64,000 nucleotides of DNA from Alkalispirochaeta sp. (GTDB lineage Bacteria; Spirochaetota; Spirochaetia; DSM-27196; Alkalispirochaetaceae): positions 3,200,001-3,264,000 of the forward strand of contig OZ271854.1 in assembly GCA_965601925.1 (NCBI GenBank), in the 5' to 3' direction. The notes beneath the pieces are model-generated. The model saw only the letters and a program-made list of their open reading frames with translations, ran no database searches and was not told the origin of the DNA. Positions 1-10,189 of this stretch are shown here, piece by piece. A program made the translations under genes and the position numbers. Each line of letters starts with the position of its first letter. The first letter of the stretch is position 1.

Positions 1-711
1 GAGAAGCGTCGAGGTGAACACAAGTTTCCGACGGAAGAGACCGACGGCCGCCGCGTTTGCCACAACCGACTGCGTCGTGTCCGTCACGATACAGGGAAGG
101 CGTGATACTCCCGCGGCGCTTGAAAGCGAGACGATCGCCCTCTCGAGAAACGCGGGGACGTCGCTGTAGCGCGTTCGACGCCGAGAGAGAAACAGTCGGT
201 GCGACTGCCCGCTGATCGCTACGATAATCGCGACGAGAAGCAGCAGAATCGCCGTCCGCACCACCGGAGATCCGAAGGTGTCGTCGACGAACTCGACACT
301 CCCGTAGAGCAAAACCCACGTGATCACGGTAAGCGCCGATCCGACAAAACTCGCCACGATCGCAGGAAGTCTAAAGTTCGACGTTCCACGCCACCTGTCA
401 TGATACGCGAGGCGGGGAAGGACAAAGGTCGCCGTGTAGAGGAATCCCATGTCGACGACGGTCAACAGGACGCGCGCCCACGCCGCCACGGGACGACCGC
501 GCAGACGTCCGACGGCGTCGACGATGCCGAAGGTCGTCGGAAATGTCACGTACAGGGCAAAGAACACGATGAGAACGCCCAAGCACGCATACGAGAAGAT
601 GCGCATTCTCGCCGTCGGTTCCGTTCGTCTCGACTCGATCATCCGGCCGAGTACCAGACATAGCCCGGCTCCGATCAGATACTTTGTTATGCTCATAACA
701 ACGCCGATCAT
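1..711 (-). CDS. Membrane protein, probable M48 (HtpX/Ste24-like) metallopeptidase; runs off the left edge
   Basis: Not in the ORF track; translated by hand. Open from ATG 711 (or 696) to base 1: several TM helices, then 'VANAAAVGLFRRKLVFTSTLL', resembling the M48 segment before HExxH. HExxH itself is not in the window. Confidence 0.55.
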   Translation of the reverse strand, partial: MIGVVMSITKYLIGAGLCLVLGRMIESRRTEPTARMRIFSYACLGVLIVFFALYVTFPTTFGIVDAVGRLRGRPVAAWARVLLTVVDMGFLYTATFVLPRLAYHDRWRGTSNFRLPAIVASFVGSALTVITWVLLYGSVEFVDDTFGSPVVRTAILLLLVAIIVAISGQSHRLFLSRRRTRYSDVPAFLERAIVSLSSAAGVSRLPCIVTDTTQSVVANAAAVGLFRRKLVFTSTLL

Positions 712-861
712 ATGTCGATTATCACGACGCAACGGCTCCCGTTCAACCGGCGTGGTCGGCACGAGGCTTCCCGTCCCCTCTCCAACGGCGCTGCGCGGTA
801 GCCGAGGAGACGGCGGGCGGTTTTTTCTCGCCGGCGGATCGGTACGTCCGACGCCGTGTCG

Positions 862-1833
862 TTAGTTCAGCACACCGGGATTGATACACGTCTCGGGGCG
901 CTCGCCGGTTATCATCGCCAAGACGTTTCGTGCCGCGAGCCTCGCCATGGCGTCCCGCGTCTCCCTGGTGGCGCTTGCGACGTGCGGAGTGACGACGACG
1001 TTGTCCAACTCGGCGAGACCGTCGGCCATAGCCGGCTCGTTCTCGTACACGTCGAGACCGGCGCCGGCGATCGCGCCGCGGCGCAACGCGTCGACGAGCG
1101 CGACCTCGTCGATTACCGGACCGCGGCTGGTATTGATCACGTAGGCCGTCGACTTCATCCGGGCGAGGGTCTCGCCGTTGATCAGATGGCGCGTTGCATC
1201 CACGAGCGGTACGTGGATCGAGACGAAGTCAGACTCCGCCAGAAGGGTCGCGAGCTCGACTCTCTGCGCACCGAGCCTGGAGTCGAGAACGTCGTTGTCG
1301 CGCTCGTCGGTGTACAACACTCGCATATCGAATCCGCGGCTCTTGAGTGCCGCCGCCGTACCGATGCGGCCGGCACCGACGATACCGATGGTCCTGCCCG
1401 TTACATCGCCCCCGATGAACTGCAACGGACCCCAACCGCTCCACTCACCGCTGCGCATACGGCGGTCAGACTCGACCACGCGACGGGCGACGGCAAAGAG
1501 GAGCGCCCACGCCATGTCCGCCGTCGCGTCGGTGAGCACACCGGGCGTGTTGGACAATGGAATACGCCGCCGTGTCGCCTCATCGACGTCAAGGTTGTCG
1601 AAACCGACGGCGTAGTTGGCAAAGCCGTTGCAACGCGGAGCGTGGTCGAAGACCTCTGCGTCTATACGATCGGTTAGGAGTGAAATTACGCCGTCGGCGG
1701 CCGCGACCTCTTTGAGGAGTTCCTCCCTGGTGAGGGGCCGATCATGGGGATTGACCCGCACCTTCACGCCGGCTTCTTCCAAGACCTCGATACCCGCATC
1801 GGGAATTCTTCGTGTCACGTATACCGTTGCCAT
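862..1833 (-). CDS. D-isomer 2-hydroxyacid dehydrogenase (glyoxylate/hydroxypyruvate reductase type)
   Basis: AVGFDNLD, TPGVLTDATAD, GAGRIG Rossmann motif, INTSRGPVID, GLDVYENEP, TPHVAS. Confidence 0.93.
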   Translation of the reverse strand: MATVYVTRRIPDAGIEVLEEAGVKVRVNPHDRPLTREELLKEVAAADGVISLLTDRIDAEVFDHAPRCNGFANYAVGFDNLDVDEATRRRIPLSNTPGVLTDATADMAWALLFAVARRVVESDRRMRSGEWSGWGPLQFIGGDVTGRTIGIVGAGRIGTAAALKSRGFDMRVLYTDERDNDVLDSRLGAQRVELATLLAESDFVSIHVPLVDATRHLINGETLARMKSTAYVINTSRGPVIDEVALVDALRRGAIAGAGLDVYENEPAMADGLAELDNVVVTPHVASATRETRDAMARLAARNVLAMITGERPETCINPGVLN

Positions 1834-1936
1834 GTGTGTTCCTTTCGTGACGGATCCTCGACATCGCCGCCGATGGGTCTCTCGCCGATTCTATCGCTCC
1901 GTTATGTGCGCCGCCTGCGAGGCGGTGTGTGCCGAC

Positions 1937-2911
1937 CTACCGAGTCCCGCTCTCCTTCTTCGCCGTCACCCGCTTTGCCGCCTCGGCGATGTGTTGCGCC
2001 GACAGACCGTACGTGTCCAGGAGCGTGGCGTATGCGCCGCTTTCGGCAAAGGTGTCCTGCAGCCCCAACGTCGCGGTCGGTACGGGATACTGGGTGAGAG
2101 AGAGGTGCGCGAGCTCGTAGCCGACGCCGTTTTTCGCTTGGTGGTTCTCGGCGACTACCAACGCTCCGGTCTTTTTGATCGACCGTAGTACACCCTCGCG
2201 GTCGTACGGCTTGATCGAGTAGAGATCGATGACATCGGCGGTAACGCCGTCGGCCGCGAGAAGCGTGGACGCCTCGAGGGCTTGAAAGACGATATCGCCG
2301 TAGGAGACGATGGTGACGTCGGACCCTTCGGCCAGTAGCTTGCTGCCGCCGAGTTCGAACCGCTCGCTCTCGTCGTACAGCTCGAACAGCGGGTCGCGCA
2401 TCAGACGTGTGAAGACCGGCCCGGGGGTGTCGAGCGCGATATCGACCATCGCTTCGGCGCTCGTAGGGTCCGCGGGACAGAGCACGTGCATATTGGGAAT
2501 CTGCGACATCGCCGCGATGTCCTCGGTCGCTTGATGCGTCACACCGTCGATTGCCGCGGTCAGTCCGCCGTGGGAGGAGAGCATCTTCACATTCAAGTTG
2601 GGATAGCAGATAAACGAGCGAATCGCCTCGATCGCCCGCATGGTGATGAACACCCCGTAGCTGGCGCATACGACGGTGCGCCCGCCGGCGGCGACGCCGG
2701 CGGCGGTTGCGAACATCCCTACCTCGGCGATCCCCAGATTGAAGTAGCGTTCGGGAAATCGATCGCCGAAGAGGTAGGTATAGGTCGACCGTCCGATGTC
2801 CGCCTCGAACACCCAGAACTGGTCGTCACGCTCTCCGCGGCGCACCAGCGAATCGGAGAATGCGCGCCGTGTCGGGCGTTTCGTCGTATCCAGAGTATGT
2901 GTCGCCGCCAT
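1937..2911 (-). CDS. Transketolase, C-terminal subunit (split form)
   Basis: NLGIAE, DGVTHQATED, LCPADP, VVAENH motifs; 1-nt overlap with the N-terminal subunit gene. Confidence 0.92.
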   Translation of the reverse strand: MAATHTLDTTKRPTRRAFSDSLVRRGERDDQFWVFEADIGRSTYTYLFGDRFPERYFNLGIAEVGMFATAAGVAAGGRTVVCASYGVFITMRAIEAIRSFICYPNLNVKMLSSHGGLTAAIDGVTHQATEDIAAMSQIPNMHVLCPADPTSAEAMVDIALDTPGPVFTRLMRDPLFELYDESERFELGGSKLLAEGSDVTIVSYGDIVFQALEASTLLAADGVTADVIDLYSIKPYDREGVLRSIKKTGALVVAENHQAKNGVGYELAHLSLTQYPVPTATLGLQDTFAESGAYATLLDTYGLSAQHIAEAAKRVTAKKESGTR

Positions 2912-3747
2912 TATGGTCGCGCCTCCTCAAGTTCGGCTCTCGCTTTTTGATACTGCTCCTCCGTGGGAGGCTTCCCGTGCCAGTAATAGTCGTTCTCCAT
3001 GAAGCTCACACCGCGTCCTTTGGTCGTGTAGGCGACGATGCAGTACGGTCCCTTCCGGTGGTCTCGGCCCCGTCGAAGCGCACCGACGACCTGTTGCATG
3101 TCGTGTCCGTTAATCTTTTCGACCGTCCATCCGAAGGACTCGAACTTGGCGTCGATCGGCTCGACGGGCATGATATCGTCGGAGAACCCGTCGTTCTGGA
3201 TACCGTTACGGTCGACGACGGCAACCAGGTTGGACAGCGCGTACTTGTTTGCCGTTCCCGCAGCCTCCCAAATGACGCCCTCGTTCAGCTCGCCGTCGCC
3301 CAGTAGGGTGTACACGTCGTAGCGCTTGCCCGTCACCGCGGCCTCCAACGCCATCCCGATCGCTATCCCGAATCCCATACCCAGGGAGCCGGTGGTCATA
3401 TCGATACCCGGTGTCTTAATGACCGGATGTCCCTGGAGGATGCTCCCGAATTGGCGGAGCGTGGCAAGATTATCGATGTCGAAGAAGCCGCGCATCGCCA
3501 ACACGGCGTACAAAGCGGGACACGCATGCCCTTTGCTCAGGATAAAACGATCGCGATCCGGCCATTTGGGCTCCTCGGGGCGTACTCGTAAGACGTCGTA
3601 GTAGAGAGCCGCAAGTATTTCGGCCTCGGAGAATGATCCTCCGATGTGCCCGGATTGCGCCTTGTACACCATGTCCAGCACATTGAGTCGAATCTCCCGG
3701 GCCCGTTCGACGAGCTCGGCGACGCCGCCCGGTTGCAGCGTGGTCAT
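2911..3747 (-). CDS. Transketolase, N-terminal TPP-binding subunit (split form)
   Basis: GHIGGSFS, DRFILSKGHA, LQGHP, TTGSLG, GDGE...N TPP motif; GGAGG SD. Confidence 0.94.
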   Translation of the reverse strand: MTTLQPGGVAELVERAREIRLNVLDMVYKAQSGHIGGSFSEAEILAALYYDVLRVRPEEPKWPDRDRFILSKGHACPALYAVLAMRGFFDIDNLATLRQFGSILQGHPVIKTPGIDMTTGSLGMGFGIAIGMALEAAVTGKRYDVYTLLGDGELNEGVIWEAAGTANKYALSNLVAVVDRNGIQNDGFSDDIMPVEPIDAKFESFGWTVEKINGHDMQQVVGALRRGRDHRKGPYCIVAYTTKGRGVSFMENDYYWHGKPPTEEQYQKARAELEEARP

Positions 3748-3842
3748 CTGAATAGCCTCCGCGTATTAGAGTTGTACGGGCGCGCACGGGTGTGCCGCTG
3801 CGCGCGGGGAGCGGGCGACGAGCTGTTCGCCGGCACGCTCTT

Positions 3843-3860
3843 AATTTTGTATACAAAATT
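3843..3860. promoter_or_regulatory. Putative GntR/FadR operator 1
   Basis: Perfect 18-bp palindrome AATTTTGTATACAAAATT between the divergent tkt and gntR genes. Confidence 0.8.
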
Positions 3861-3910
3861 TATAACACAGTTTCAATCGTCGGTCAACGATAATGTGCAT
3901 ATCCGGATCG

Positions 3911-3952
3911 TTGACCGTCCGGCGGTGCGGCGACTATATTATTGAATACAAT
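3911..3952 (+). promoter_or_regulatory. Sigma70-type promoter of gntR with an adjacent degenerate operator
   Basis: TTGACC-18 bp-TATATT, then ATTGAATACAAT (3941-3952), one mismatch to the operator core. Confidence 0.55.
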
Positions 3953-4622
3953 GTACAAAGTGACCTACGAAGATCTTGCGCAACAGGTGTATCGTATCGT
4001 TCGAGAGATGATTCTCTCCGGCGAGCTCGCCCCCGGTCAGAAACTCGTGCAGGACGAACTCGCCGAGCGCCTCGGTGTATCGCGTACTCCTCTCCTGGCC
4101 GCCTTCTCCAAATTGGAGAAGGATATGCTTCTTGAAAGCATTCCGCGGCGCGGTATGTTCGTGCGGCGCTACTCGCCCGAAGAGCTGCTGCAAGTCTACG
4201 ACGTACGTCTCAGACTGGAGCCGCTGGGAGCGGGGGAAGCGGCGGACCACGCTACCGACGAGGAGATCGAACGCCTCTGGGAGATGTGTCGACACTTTGA
4301 ACGTCTGGCAGAATCGCACGATCCGTCGACCCGCGCGGAGGACTATCTCTTTCATATGCAGATCATGGAGATGAGCCGCCATCAGCTCCTCTATAACATC
4401 GTCTCGTCGTACAACATTATCGTCGTTGCGAACTTCTACGGCTTTTTCAAAGACCCCACGGTAAGTGCCCGTGAGCATACGGCAATCGTCGAAGCGATCG
4501 CCGGTCGCAACCGTCAACGGGCGATGAAGCGGACCTTCCAGCATATCGCAAGCTCACGGGGCCACCTGGCAACGCATTTGGCCGAGGTAGGGGAGCACAT
4601 AGAACGAACCGTCTCCACGTAG
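3951..4622 (+). CDS. GntR family regulator (FCD domain)
   Basis: wHTH LAERLGVSRTP; FCD-type C-terminus (FH...H); ATG 3951 preferred over TTG 3942. Confidence 0.93.
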   Translation: MYKVTYEDLAQQVYRIVREMILSGELAPGQKLVQDELAERLGVSRTPLLAAFSKLEKDMLLESIPRRGMFVRRYSPEELLQVYDVRLRLEPLGAGEAADHATDEEIERLWEMCRHFERLAESHDPSTRAEDYLFHMQIMEMSRHQLLYNIVSSYNIIVVANFYGFFKDPTVSAREHTAIVEAIAGRNRQRAMKRTFQHIASSRGHLATHLAEVGEHIERTVST

Positions 4623-4870
4623 TGTGCGAGCCGTCTATCTCTCCGGGTTGAGGGTGTACCGTGTCGGATGCGGCGCGCTCAACGCGACCACACCGACGAA
4701 CGGGCGGCGACGAAGATGTACCGACAAGCGGTCGACGACCGGGAACGGAACGGCGCGGGTACGTGTAGTTACGCGATTCGCGATGCCCGCCGACGCCGGG
4801 CAATGAACGAGTACCCGCCGAGTTCTCCCGCCCCGATCGGGAGCATGATTAACAAGCGATCCGTCGAGCG

Positions 4871-6409
4871 TCATCGTGTCCTCTTGAACAACCGTGCTGC
4901 AACACGAGTTCGAATGCGTTGCATGACCCGTCGATACGCCGGAAGCTGACTGACGACGGTAAGACAGATCACCAAAAACAGTATCAGCGCCACCGGTCGC
5001 GTGAAGATCGGCAAGAAGCTTCCTCCCGAGACCATGAGGGCTCTCCGAAGATTCTGATCCGCCATGGGGCCGAGAATGACGCCGATCACCAGGGGCGCGA
5101 TCGGGTACCCCATCTCGGTAAGAAGGTACGCGACGATGCCGATCGGAACCATCAGATACAAGTTGAACACATTCGTTCCGAGGGCGTAGCTCCCGATGAC
5201 GCAGAGCACCGCGATAATCGGCATGAAGATCGCCGGCGGAATCCGCAGCACTTTGACCACCTGCTTGGCCAACAGCATGCCCGAGATCCACATCGCGATC
5301 GAGGCCAACAGAAGAATCGCGCTGACCTCCTCAATAAAGCCGGGGTTGTCGATTCGGAGCATCGGCCCCGGGGCGATTCCGTGGAGCATGAGAGCGCCCA
5401 AAAGCATCGCCGCCGGCGGACTGCCGGGAACGCCGAGGCTAAGGAGTGGAATCATCGCGCCGCCGATACAGGCGTTGTTGGCCGTCTCGGTACTCACGAC
5501 CGCCTCGTAGGCGCCTTTACCGAACTGTTCGGGGTGTTTCGATGAGTTTTTGGCCGCGCCGTAGCTGACCCACCCGGCGATATCCTCCCCGATACCCGGC
5601 ACCGCACCGATCCCGACGCCGATCAGGGACGAGCGTACGATGTGTTTGACGTTTTTTCCGATCGTGCGAAACTCCGGCATGATTCGATCGAACCGCACGG
5701 CGTCTTTCGGTTTGAATCGCTCCCGCAGCACCGAGATGATTTGGGGAATGCCGAACGCGCCGATCAGCACCGGTACTACTTCGAGTCCGCCTTCCAACCG
5801 GCTGATACCGAAGGTAAAGCGCGGATAGAACTGCAGCGCGTCGCGACCGACGGTAGCCAGAAAAAGTCCGATGAAGCCGGCGATCCACCCCTTGAGGACC
5901 AGATCCGGACTCGTGAGCGTACCGCTGATGATGATGCCGAAGAAGGCGAGGAGAAAGAACTCGAAGGAGGTGAACTGCAGCGCCAGTTCGCTGATCACCG
6001 GCGAGAAGCTCACGACGAAGAACATACCGATGATCGTACCGATCGCCGAGGCGGTGGTCGTAAGACCGAGCGCTTGCCCCCCTTCGCCCCGAAGGGCCAA
6101 GGGATAGCCGTCCAAAGCCGTAGCCGCCGCCGCCGCCGTCCCGGGGATGTTCACCAGGATCGAGGCGTATGAGCCGCCGTACACGCCGCCGACGTAAATC
6201 GCGAGGAGAGCGACCAACGCGGTGCTCGAATTCATCCCGTAAGTGAGAGTCGTCAACAGCGCCACGCCGAGTGTCGCAGTCAGTCCCGGCGTCGCTCCGA
6301 AGACGATCCCGAGAATGACCGAGCCGAAGAGAATGAGGAGGATCACCGGGTCGGTGGCGAAACCGGCGAGGTTGTCGAAAAAGATGCCGAGGGAATGGAG
6401 CGCTGCCAT
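4871..6409 (-). CDS. tctA: Tripartite tricarboxylate transporter large permease (TctA family)
   Basis: GATPGL, YGGSYASILVNIPGTAAA, ETANNA, LGVPGSPPAA motifs. Confidence 0.93.
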   Translation of the reverse strand: MAALHSLGIFFDNLAGFATDPVILLILFGSVILGIVFGATPGLTATLGVALLTTLTYGMNSSTALVALLAIYVGGVYGGSYASILVNIPGTAAAAATALDGYPLALRGEGGQALGLTTTASAIGTIIGMFFVVSFSPVISELALQFTSFEFFLLAFFGIIISGTLTSPDLVLKGWIAGFIGLFLATVGRDALQFYPRFTFGISRLEGGLEVVPVLIGAFGIPQIISVLRERFKPKDAVRFDRIMPEFRTIGKNVKHIVRSSLIGVGIGAVPGIGEDIAGWVSYGAAKNSSKHPEQFGKGAYEAVVSTETANNACIGGAMIPLLSLGVPGSPPAAMLLGALMLHGIAPGPMLRIDNPGFIEEVSAILLLASIAMWISGMLLAKQVVKVLRIPPAIFMPIIAVLCVIGSYALGTNVFNLYLMVPIGIVAYLLTEMGYPIAPLVIGVILGPMADQNLRRALMVSGGSFLPIFTRPVALILFLVICLTVVSQLPAYRRVMQRIRTRVAARLFKRTR

Positions 6410-6412
6410 GGA

Positions 6413-7153
6413 CTACCTCAATGAATAATAGACCAGCTGCATCAGCTGAACGATACCACCCTCGTGGGGGAGGGGGACGAAGAGCAAGAAACGGAATACC
6501 GGCGCCAAAAAGAGGGGCGTCACCGTCAATACGATGAGCCCGATGCGAAACCGCGACACCAGATCGGGCCTGCCGTGCGCCTTTTTCCGAAACCACGTGT
6601 TGATGCCGATTACGGCGAGTAGGGCGACCACGTCGACGGTGAAGTATGCACTCGTCGCCTCGGCAAACCCGGTCCAGAAGAGGATGAGAATCGCAAGACA
6701 GACGACGCTGTAGATAACCAGGGATACTTTGAGCACCGCATAGTCCTCAAAGGAGAAGGCGTGCACGAAGAAACTCAAAAAGAGCGCGATCGACAGAACG
6801 AAGTCGACTCGCGGTATCAGCACGTACACAAAGGTGGATATCGCAACCAAGACGGCGATAAAACGAACGCCCGCCTCGGTGAGCTTGGGCGCAAAGGTTC
6901 GAATGCCGTGGAGTGCATCCACGGCGCCGCCGGTGCGAATCGAGTGGACCAGAAGCGCCGTCGACAGAATCGATATACCGATTCCCACTACCAGCGGAAA
7001 GAGCGCCGGCGAGACGTACCAGACGTTTCGGACGCCGCCGTAGGTATCGCGCATCGGCATGCGAAAGGCTTGAAACAGCACCCACACGCCGAAGGCGAAT
7101 AGAACGATGCTGGTAACGAAGTCCGCCTTGCGGAGCTTTTTTTCTTGCAACAT
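6413..7153 (-). CDS. TctB-like small membrane subunit (longer than usual)
   Basis: Multi-TM protein with SPALFP and 'LFVPLP' ends, between tctC and tctA; start ATG 7153. Confidence 0.7.
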   Translation of the reverse strand: MLQEKKLRKADFVTSIVLFAFGVWVLFQAFRMPMRDTYGGVRNVWYVSPALFPLVVGIGISILSTALLVHSIRTGGAVDALHGIRTFAPKLTEAGVRFIAVLVAISTFVYVLIPRVDFVLSIALFLSFFVHAFSFEDYAVLKVSLVIYSVVCLAILILFWTGFAEATSAYFTVDVVALLAVIGINTWFRKKAHGRPDLVSRFRIGLIVLTVTPLFLAPVFRFLLFVPLPHEGGIVQLMQLVYYSLR

Positions 7154-7183
7154 AGCGAATGAATACTCCAGGGATGATGGTGA

Positions 7184-7216
7184 CGGCGGACACTCTACCC
7201 GTAAGAGTGTCCGCCG
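7184..7216. other. Intercistronic stem-loop after the binding-protein gene
   Basis: 13-bp perfect inverted repeat CGGCGGACACTCT-7 nt-AGAGTGTCCGCCG. Confidence 0.65.
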
Positions 7217-7253
7217 CCGGTATGACAAGTCTCGCCGATGTTCGCGATACGTT

Positions 7254-8261
7254 CTACGGTCGCGGGATACCGAGTGACGCCGGATCGTCGACGCCGATAC
7301 CCTGTTCCCATACCGCCCAGGAGAGCGACGACTGGAGAGCGCTCATGATCTCGGCCGCCTCGTCGCCCCATGCGCCGGACAGGACGTAGAAGCGATCGCG
7401 ACCGAACTCCTGTACCGCCTCGCTTCGCATTGCCGCCTCAAAGGCCGTTCCGATCCGGCTCTTGACCTCTCCGGGCGCATCGGTGCGAATCGCAAACCCG
7501 ATCGCCTGGGGGATGGGGAGTACCTCGGCGAGCTCGGGATAGTAGTCGAAGGCCGACGGTATCATCTCGCCGTCGATTTCAAAGGCTTCGGGAGTCAATA
7601 CCGCGAGGGGGCGAAGGCGTCCGGCGCGAATAAGCTCGGCCTGTTCCGCCACGGAGGTGACGACAAACTGAACCTCGCCGGTCATAGCCGCATTTTGCGA
7701 GGGCGCCGATCCGTCGTAGGGGATGAACTCGAAATCGGCGCCGGTACCGGCCTCGATCGCCAGCAGGTTGACGTGGTGGATCGATCCTGAGCCCGACGCG
7801 CCGGCCAATATCGATCCCGGGTCGACGCGTGCCGCTTCGATAAGCTCCTCGAACGTCTCGTAGGGGAGATCGGGCGTCACGCTTAAGACCTCCGGTGATC
7901 CGCCGACGATAAACCAATCCCACACGTCTACCAAGTTGTCCCAATCGGAAACCATGACCGCTGTGGTCGTGTTGGATTCCGACGCGCCGACCAGCGTATA
8001 GCCGTCGGCTTCTCGCGCAAATCCGTCGGCCATGCCGACCGATCCCGCGCTTCCGCCGGTGACGTTGATGACATTGATCGGAACACCGAGCTCGTTTGCC
8101 ATCTCGGCCATGATGACGCGATTGGTCGTGTCGGTGCCGCCGCCGGCACCCCAAACCACTACCGTAGTGATGTCGCGGGACGGATACTCTTGCTCTCCCG
8201 CCGCAAATGCCGCTACGGCCACTAACGTCAACAGCAGTGCGATAACAGAAAGACGTCGCAT
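7254..8261 (-). CDS. tctC: TTT substrate-binding protein (TctC/Bug family)
   Basis: Signal peptide, YPSRDIT, GAGGGTD, ADGYTL, IPYDG motifs. Confidence 0.92.
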   Translation of the reverse strand: MRRLSVIALLLTLVAVAAFAAGEQEYPSRDITTVVVWGAGGGTDTTNRVIMAEMANELGVPINVINVTGGSAGSVGMADGFAREADGYTLVGASESNTTTAVMVSDWDNLVDVWDWFIVGGSPEVLSVTPDLPYETFEELIEAARVDPGSILAGASGSGSIHHVNLLAIEAGTGADFEFIPYDGSAPSQNAAMTGEVQFVVTSVAEQAELIRAGRLRPLAVLTPEAFEIDGEMIPSAFDYYPELAEVLPIPQAIGFAIRTDAPGEVKSRIGTAFEAAMRSEAVQEFGRDRFYVLSGAWGDEAAEIMSALQSSLSWAVWEQGIGVDDPASLGIPRP

Positions 8262-8285
8262 AATAACCTCCTGTTCGGATACATG

Positions 8286-8301
8286 ATTTTGTATACAAAA
8301 T
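8286..8301. promoter_or_regulatory. Putative GntR/FadR operator 2
   Basis: Perfect 16-bp palindrome ATTTTGTATACAAAAT, 25 nt upstream of tctC. Confidence 0.8.
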
Positions 8302-8411
8302 TAGAATAGCATGAACGCCGGTGCTGTCAACGTTTTTTTATCGGAATCGGCCATACGCTTCGGTGACGACTCCTCAGGAGGCGATACCGGGGCACCGTTG
8401 CGGTCGGCCGC

Positions 8412-9047
8412 CTAAAGACAGGTTCGAATCAACTGGTCTCGCGAGCGCAGGATGTGAATCGAAACCGCCTTTTGCGCCTCCTCGCCGTCGCGGCTTTCCA
8501 ATGCGGCGACGATTCGACGGTGCTCGTCGAGCGTCTCGTCGGCACTGCGCACCAATCCCTGCAGGTTAGACTTGAGGATGAGCCCGTAGCGTTCGTAGGT
8601 CGAGTAGAGCATCGCGCTCCCCGACAGTTCGACCATCCGGCGGTGAAAGACGTTGTCGTTGTGCAGGTATTCGCGCGCGCCCTCTTCGGATACCGGTGGG
8701 GCAAACGACGCAAAGAGCTCAGCCAACTCCCGAACCTCGTCGTCGGTGATACGGTCGCACGCCAGACGCGCTGCGATCGACTCGACACCGGCACGTAGAC
8801 CGAACAGGTCGATCAACTCGTGACAATCGAAGGTCCGTACGACAAAACCGCGCCGTCGTTCCGATGCGATGATCTGTTCACCGACGAGGCGGCTCAGTGC
8901 ATCGTTAATCGGCGTTTGACTGACGCCGAGAACCTCTTCGATCTCGCGTTTGTTTATGCGCACGCCGGGGCGGAGGTCGCCGTTTTCGATCATGAGGCGA
9001 ATTTGGTCGTACACTTGGTTGGAGAGGGTATCGTGCTCAGTAATCAT
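8412..9047 (-). CDS. GntR family regulator (FCD domain)
   Basis: LGVSQTPI wHTH; NVFH...EH...H FCD motifs. Confidence 0.92.
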   Translation of the reverse strand: MITEHDTLSNQVYDQIRLMIENGDLRPGVRINKREIEEVLGVSQTPINDALSRLVGEQIIASERRRGFVVRTFDCHELIDLFGLRAGVESIAARLACDRITDDEVRELAELFASFAPPVSEEGAREYLHNDNVFHRRMVELSGSAMLYSTYERYGLILKSNLQGLVRSADETLDEHRRIVAALESRDGEEAQKAVSIHILRSRDQLIRTCL

Positions 9048-9113
9048 CGTACGGTTGCGCTCCAGCGTCTCATTGTACTATAGGTTGCACACCTGTTCAC
9101 CCGTTGCGTGCCA

Positions 9114-9941
9114 TTACACCGTTTCCTCAATCCAATGACGCCACAGAAGAAGCTCGCGCGCCTCGCCGACCGTCGCGATGCGATAGCCGGCGTGCGTAAG
9201 TCGCGCGCGCACCGCTTCGACCAGCTCCGCATTGGTTGCGGCGATCGCTCCGTTATAACGGTGCGAATCTTCGAACCCGACGCGCACGACGCGGAAACCC
9301 AGATCGCATACGGCGACGTGGGCGTCAAAGCTCGCGCTTCCGACAAGGATTGCACCTGCGAGAGAGCCCGCCGGAATACGCGTCCGCAGGTAGCGAGCGA
9401 GACGGTCGTCGAAGGGCATGCCCCACTGCACGCCGAAGATGAAGCTGAAGTTGTACGGTACCCGGAGCAGTCCCTCGTCGATGAGATGGAGTGCCGTTTC
9501 CACGTGTCCGGTATCGAATACCTCAATCGACGGGTGCACCTCCGCTCGGCGCATGACGTCGATCCAATACCGCACGTTGGGCACGCTGTTACGATATACG
9601 TGGTCCCCGAAGTTCAGGGAGCCGACGTTGAGCGAGGCGAGTTCGGCGTCGCACCGACCGACGGGGAGTGTACGCTCCCGAGCATTCATCGGCGATAGGC
9701 CGCCCGTCGATACTTCGACGATGATGTCGGTACGATTCCGAATCGCCCGTATCGTTTCGTTCAGGGGCGATAGGTCGGTCGTAAGGTGTCCCGCGGCGTC
9801 GCGGGCGTGGAGATGGACGACCGAGGCGCCGACGCGCGCACAGTCCACGACATCCCGGGTAACGGCCTCGGGAGTCGTGGGATTATCGTCTCCTACGCCC
9901 CATGCTCCGGTCGGCGCGACGGCGATAACGATCGGTTGCAC
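9114..9941 (-). CDS. Beta-keto acid cleavage enzyme family (BKACE/DUF849, Kce-like)
   Basis: AVAPTG, VVHLHARD Zn motif, STGG, ASLNVGSLNF, RVGFED; GTG 9941 after GGAGG. Confidence 0.9.
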   Translation of the reverse strand: MQPIVIAVAPTGAWGVGDDNPTTPEAVTRDVVDCARVGASVVHLHARDAAGHLTTDLSPLNETIRAIRNRTDIIVEVSTGGLSPMNARERTLPVGRCDAELASLNVGSLNFGDHVYRNSVPNVRYWIDVMRRAEVHPSIEVFDTGHVETALHLIDEGLLRVPYNFSFIFGVQWGMPFDDRLARYLRTRIPAGSLAGAILVGSASFDAHVAVCDLGFRVVRVGFEDSHRYNGAIAATNAELVEAVRARLTHAGYRIATVGEARELLLWRHWIEETV

Positions 9942-10123
9942 GAGCACCCCCCTCCTTCCGCACGAAATGCCGAACGCGGAGCTCCGCCATGCAGCGGGTA
10001 CTCGCACGCTCATCGTCGCCGCTACGGCGAGCGGCGCTGCATGACATTCGACGATACGTCGGAGCGAGTGGCGCGACCCCGCATCACAGTACCCATTGAC
10101 GTCGAGTATAAACCGTGTTAGAT

Positions 10124-10139
10124 ATTTTGTATACAGAAT
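10124..10139. promoter_or_regulatory. Putative GntR/FadR operator 3
   Basis: ATTTTGTATACAGAAT (one mismatch to operator 2), directly after TTGACG-17 bp-TAGATA. Confidence 0.7.
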
Positions 10140-10189
10140 TGATCGTCGCTTCAGTCACTGGGACCGGCGGCGATGCACGGAGGAGCGCG

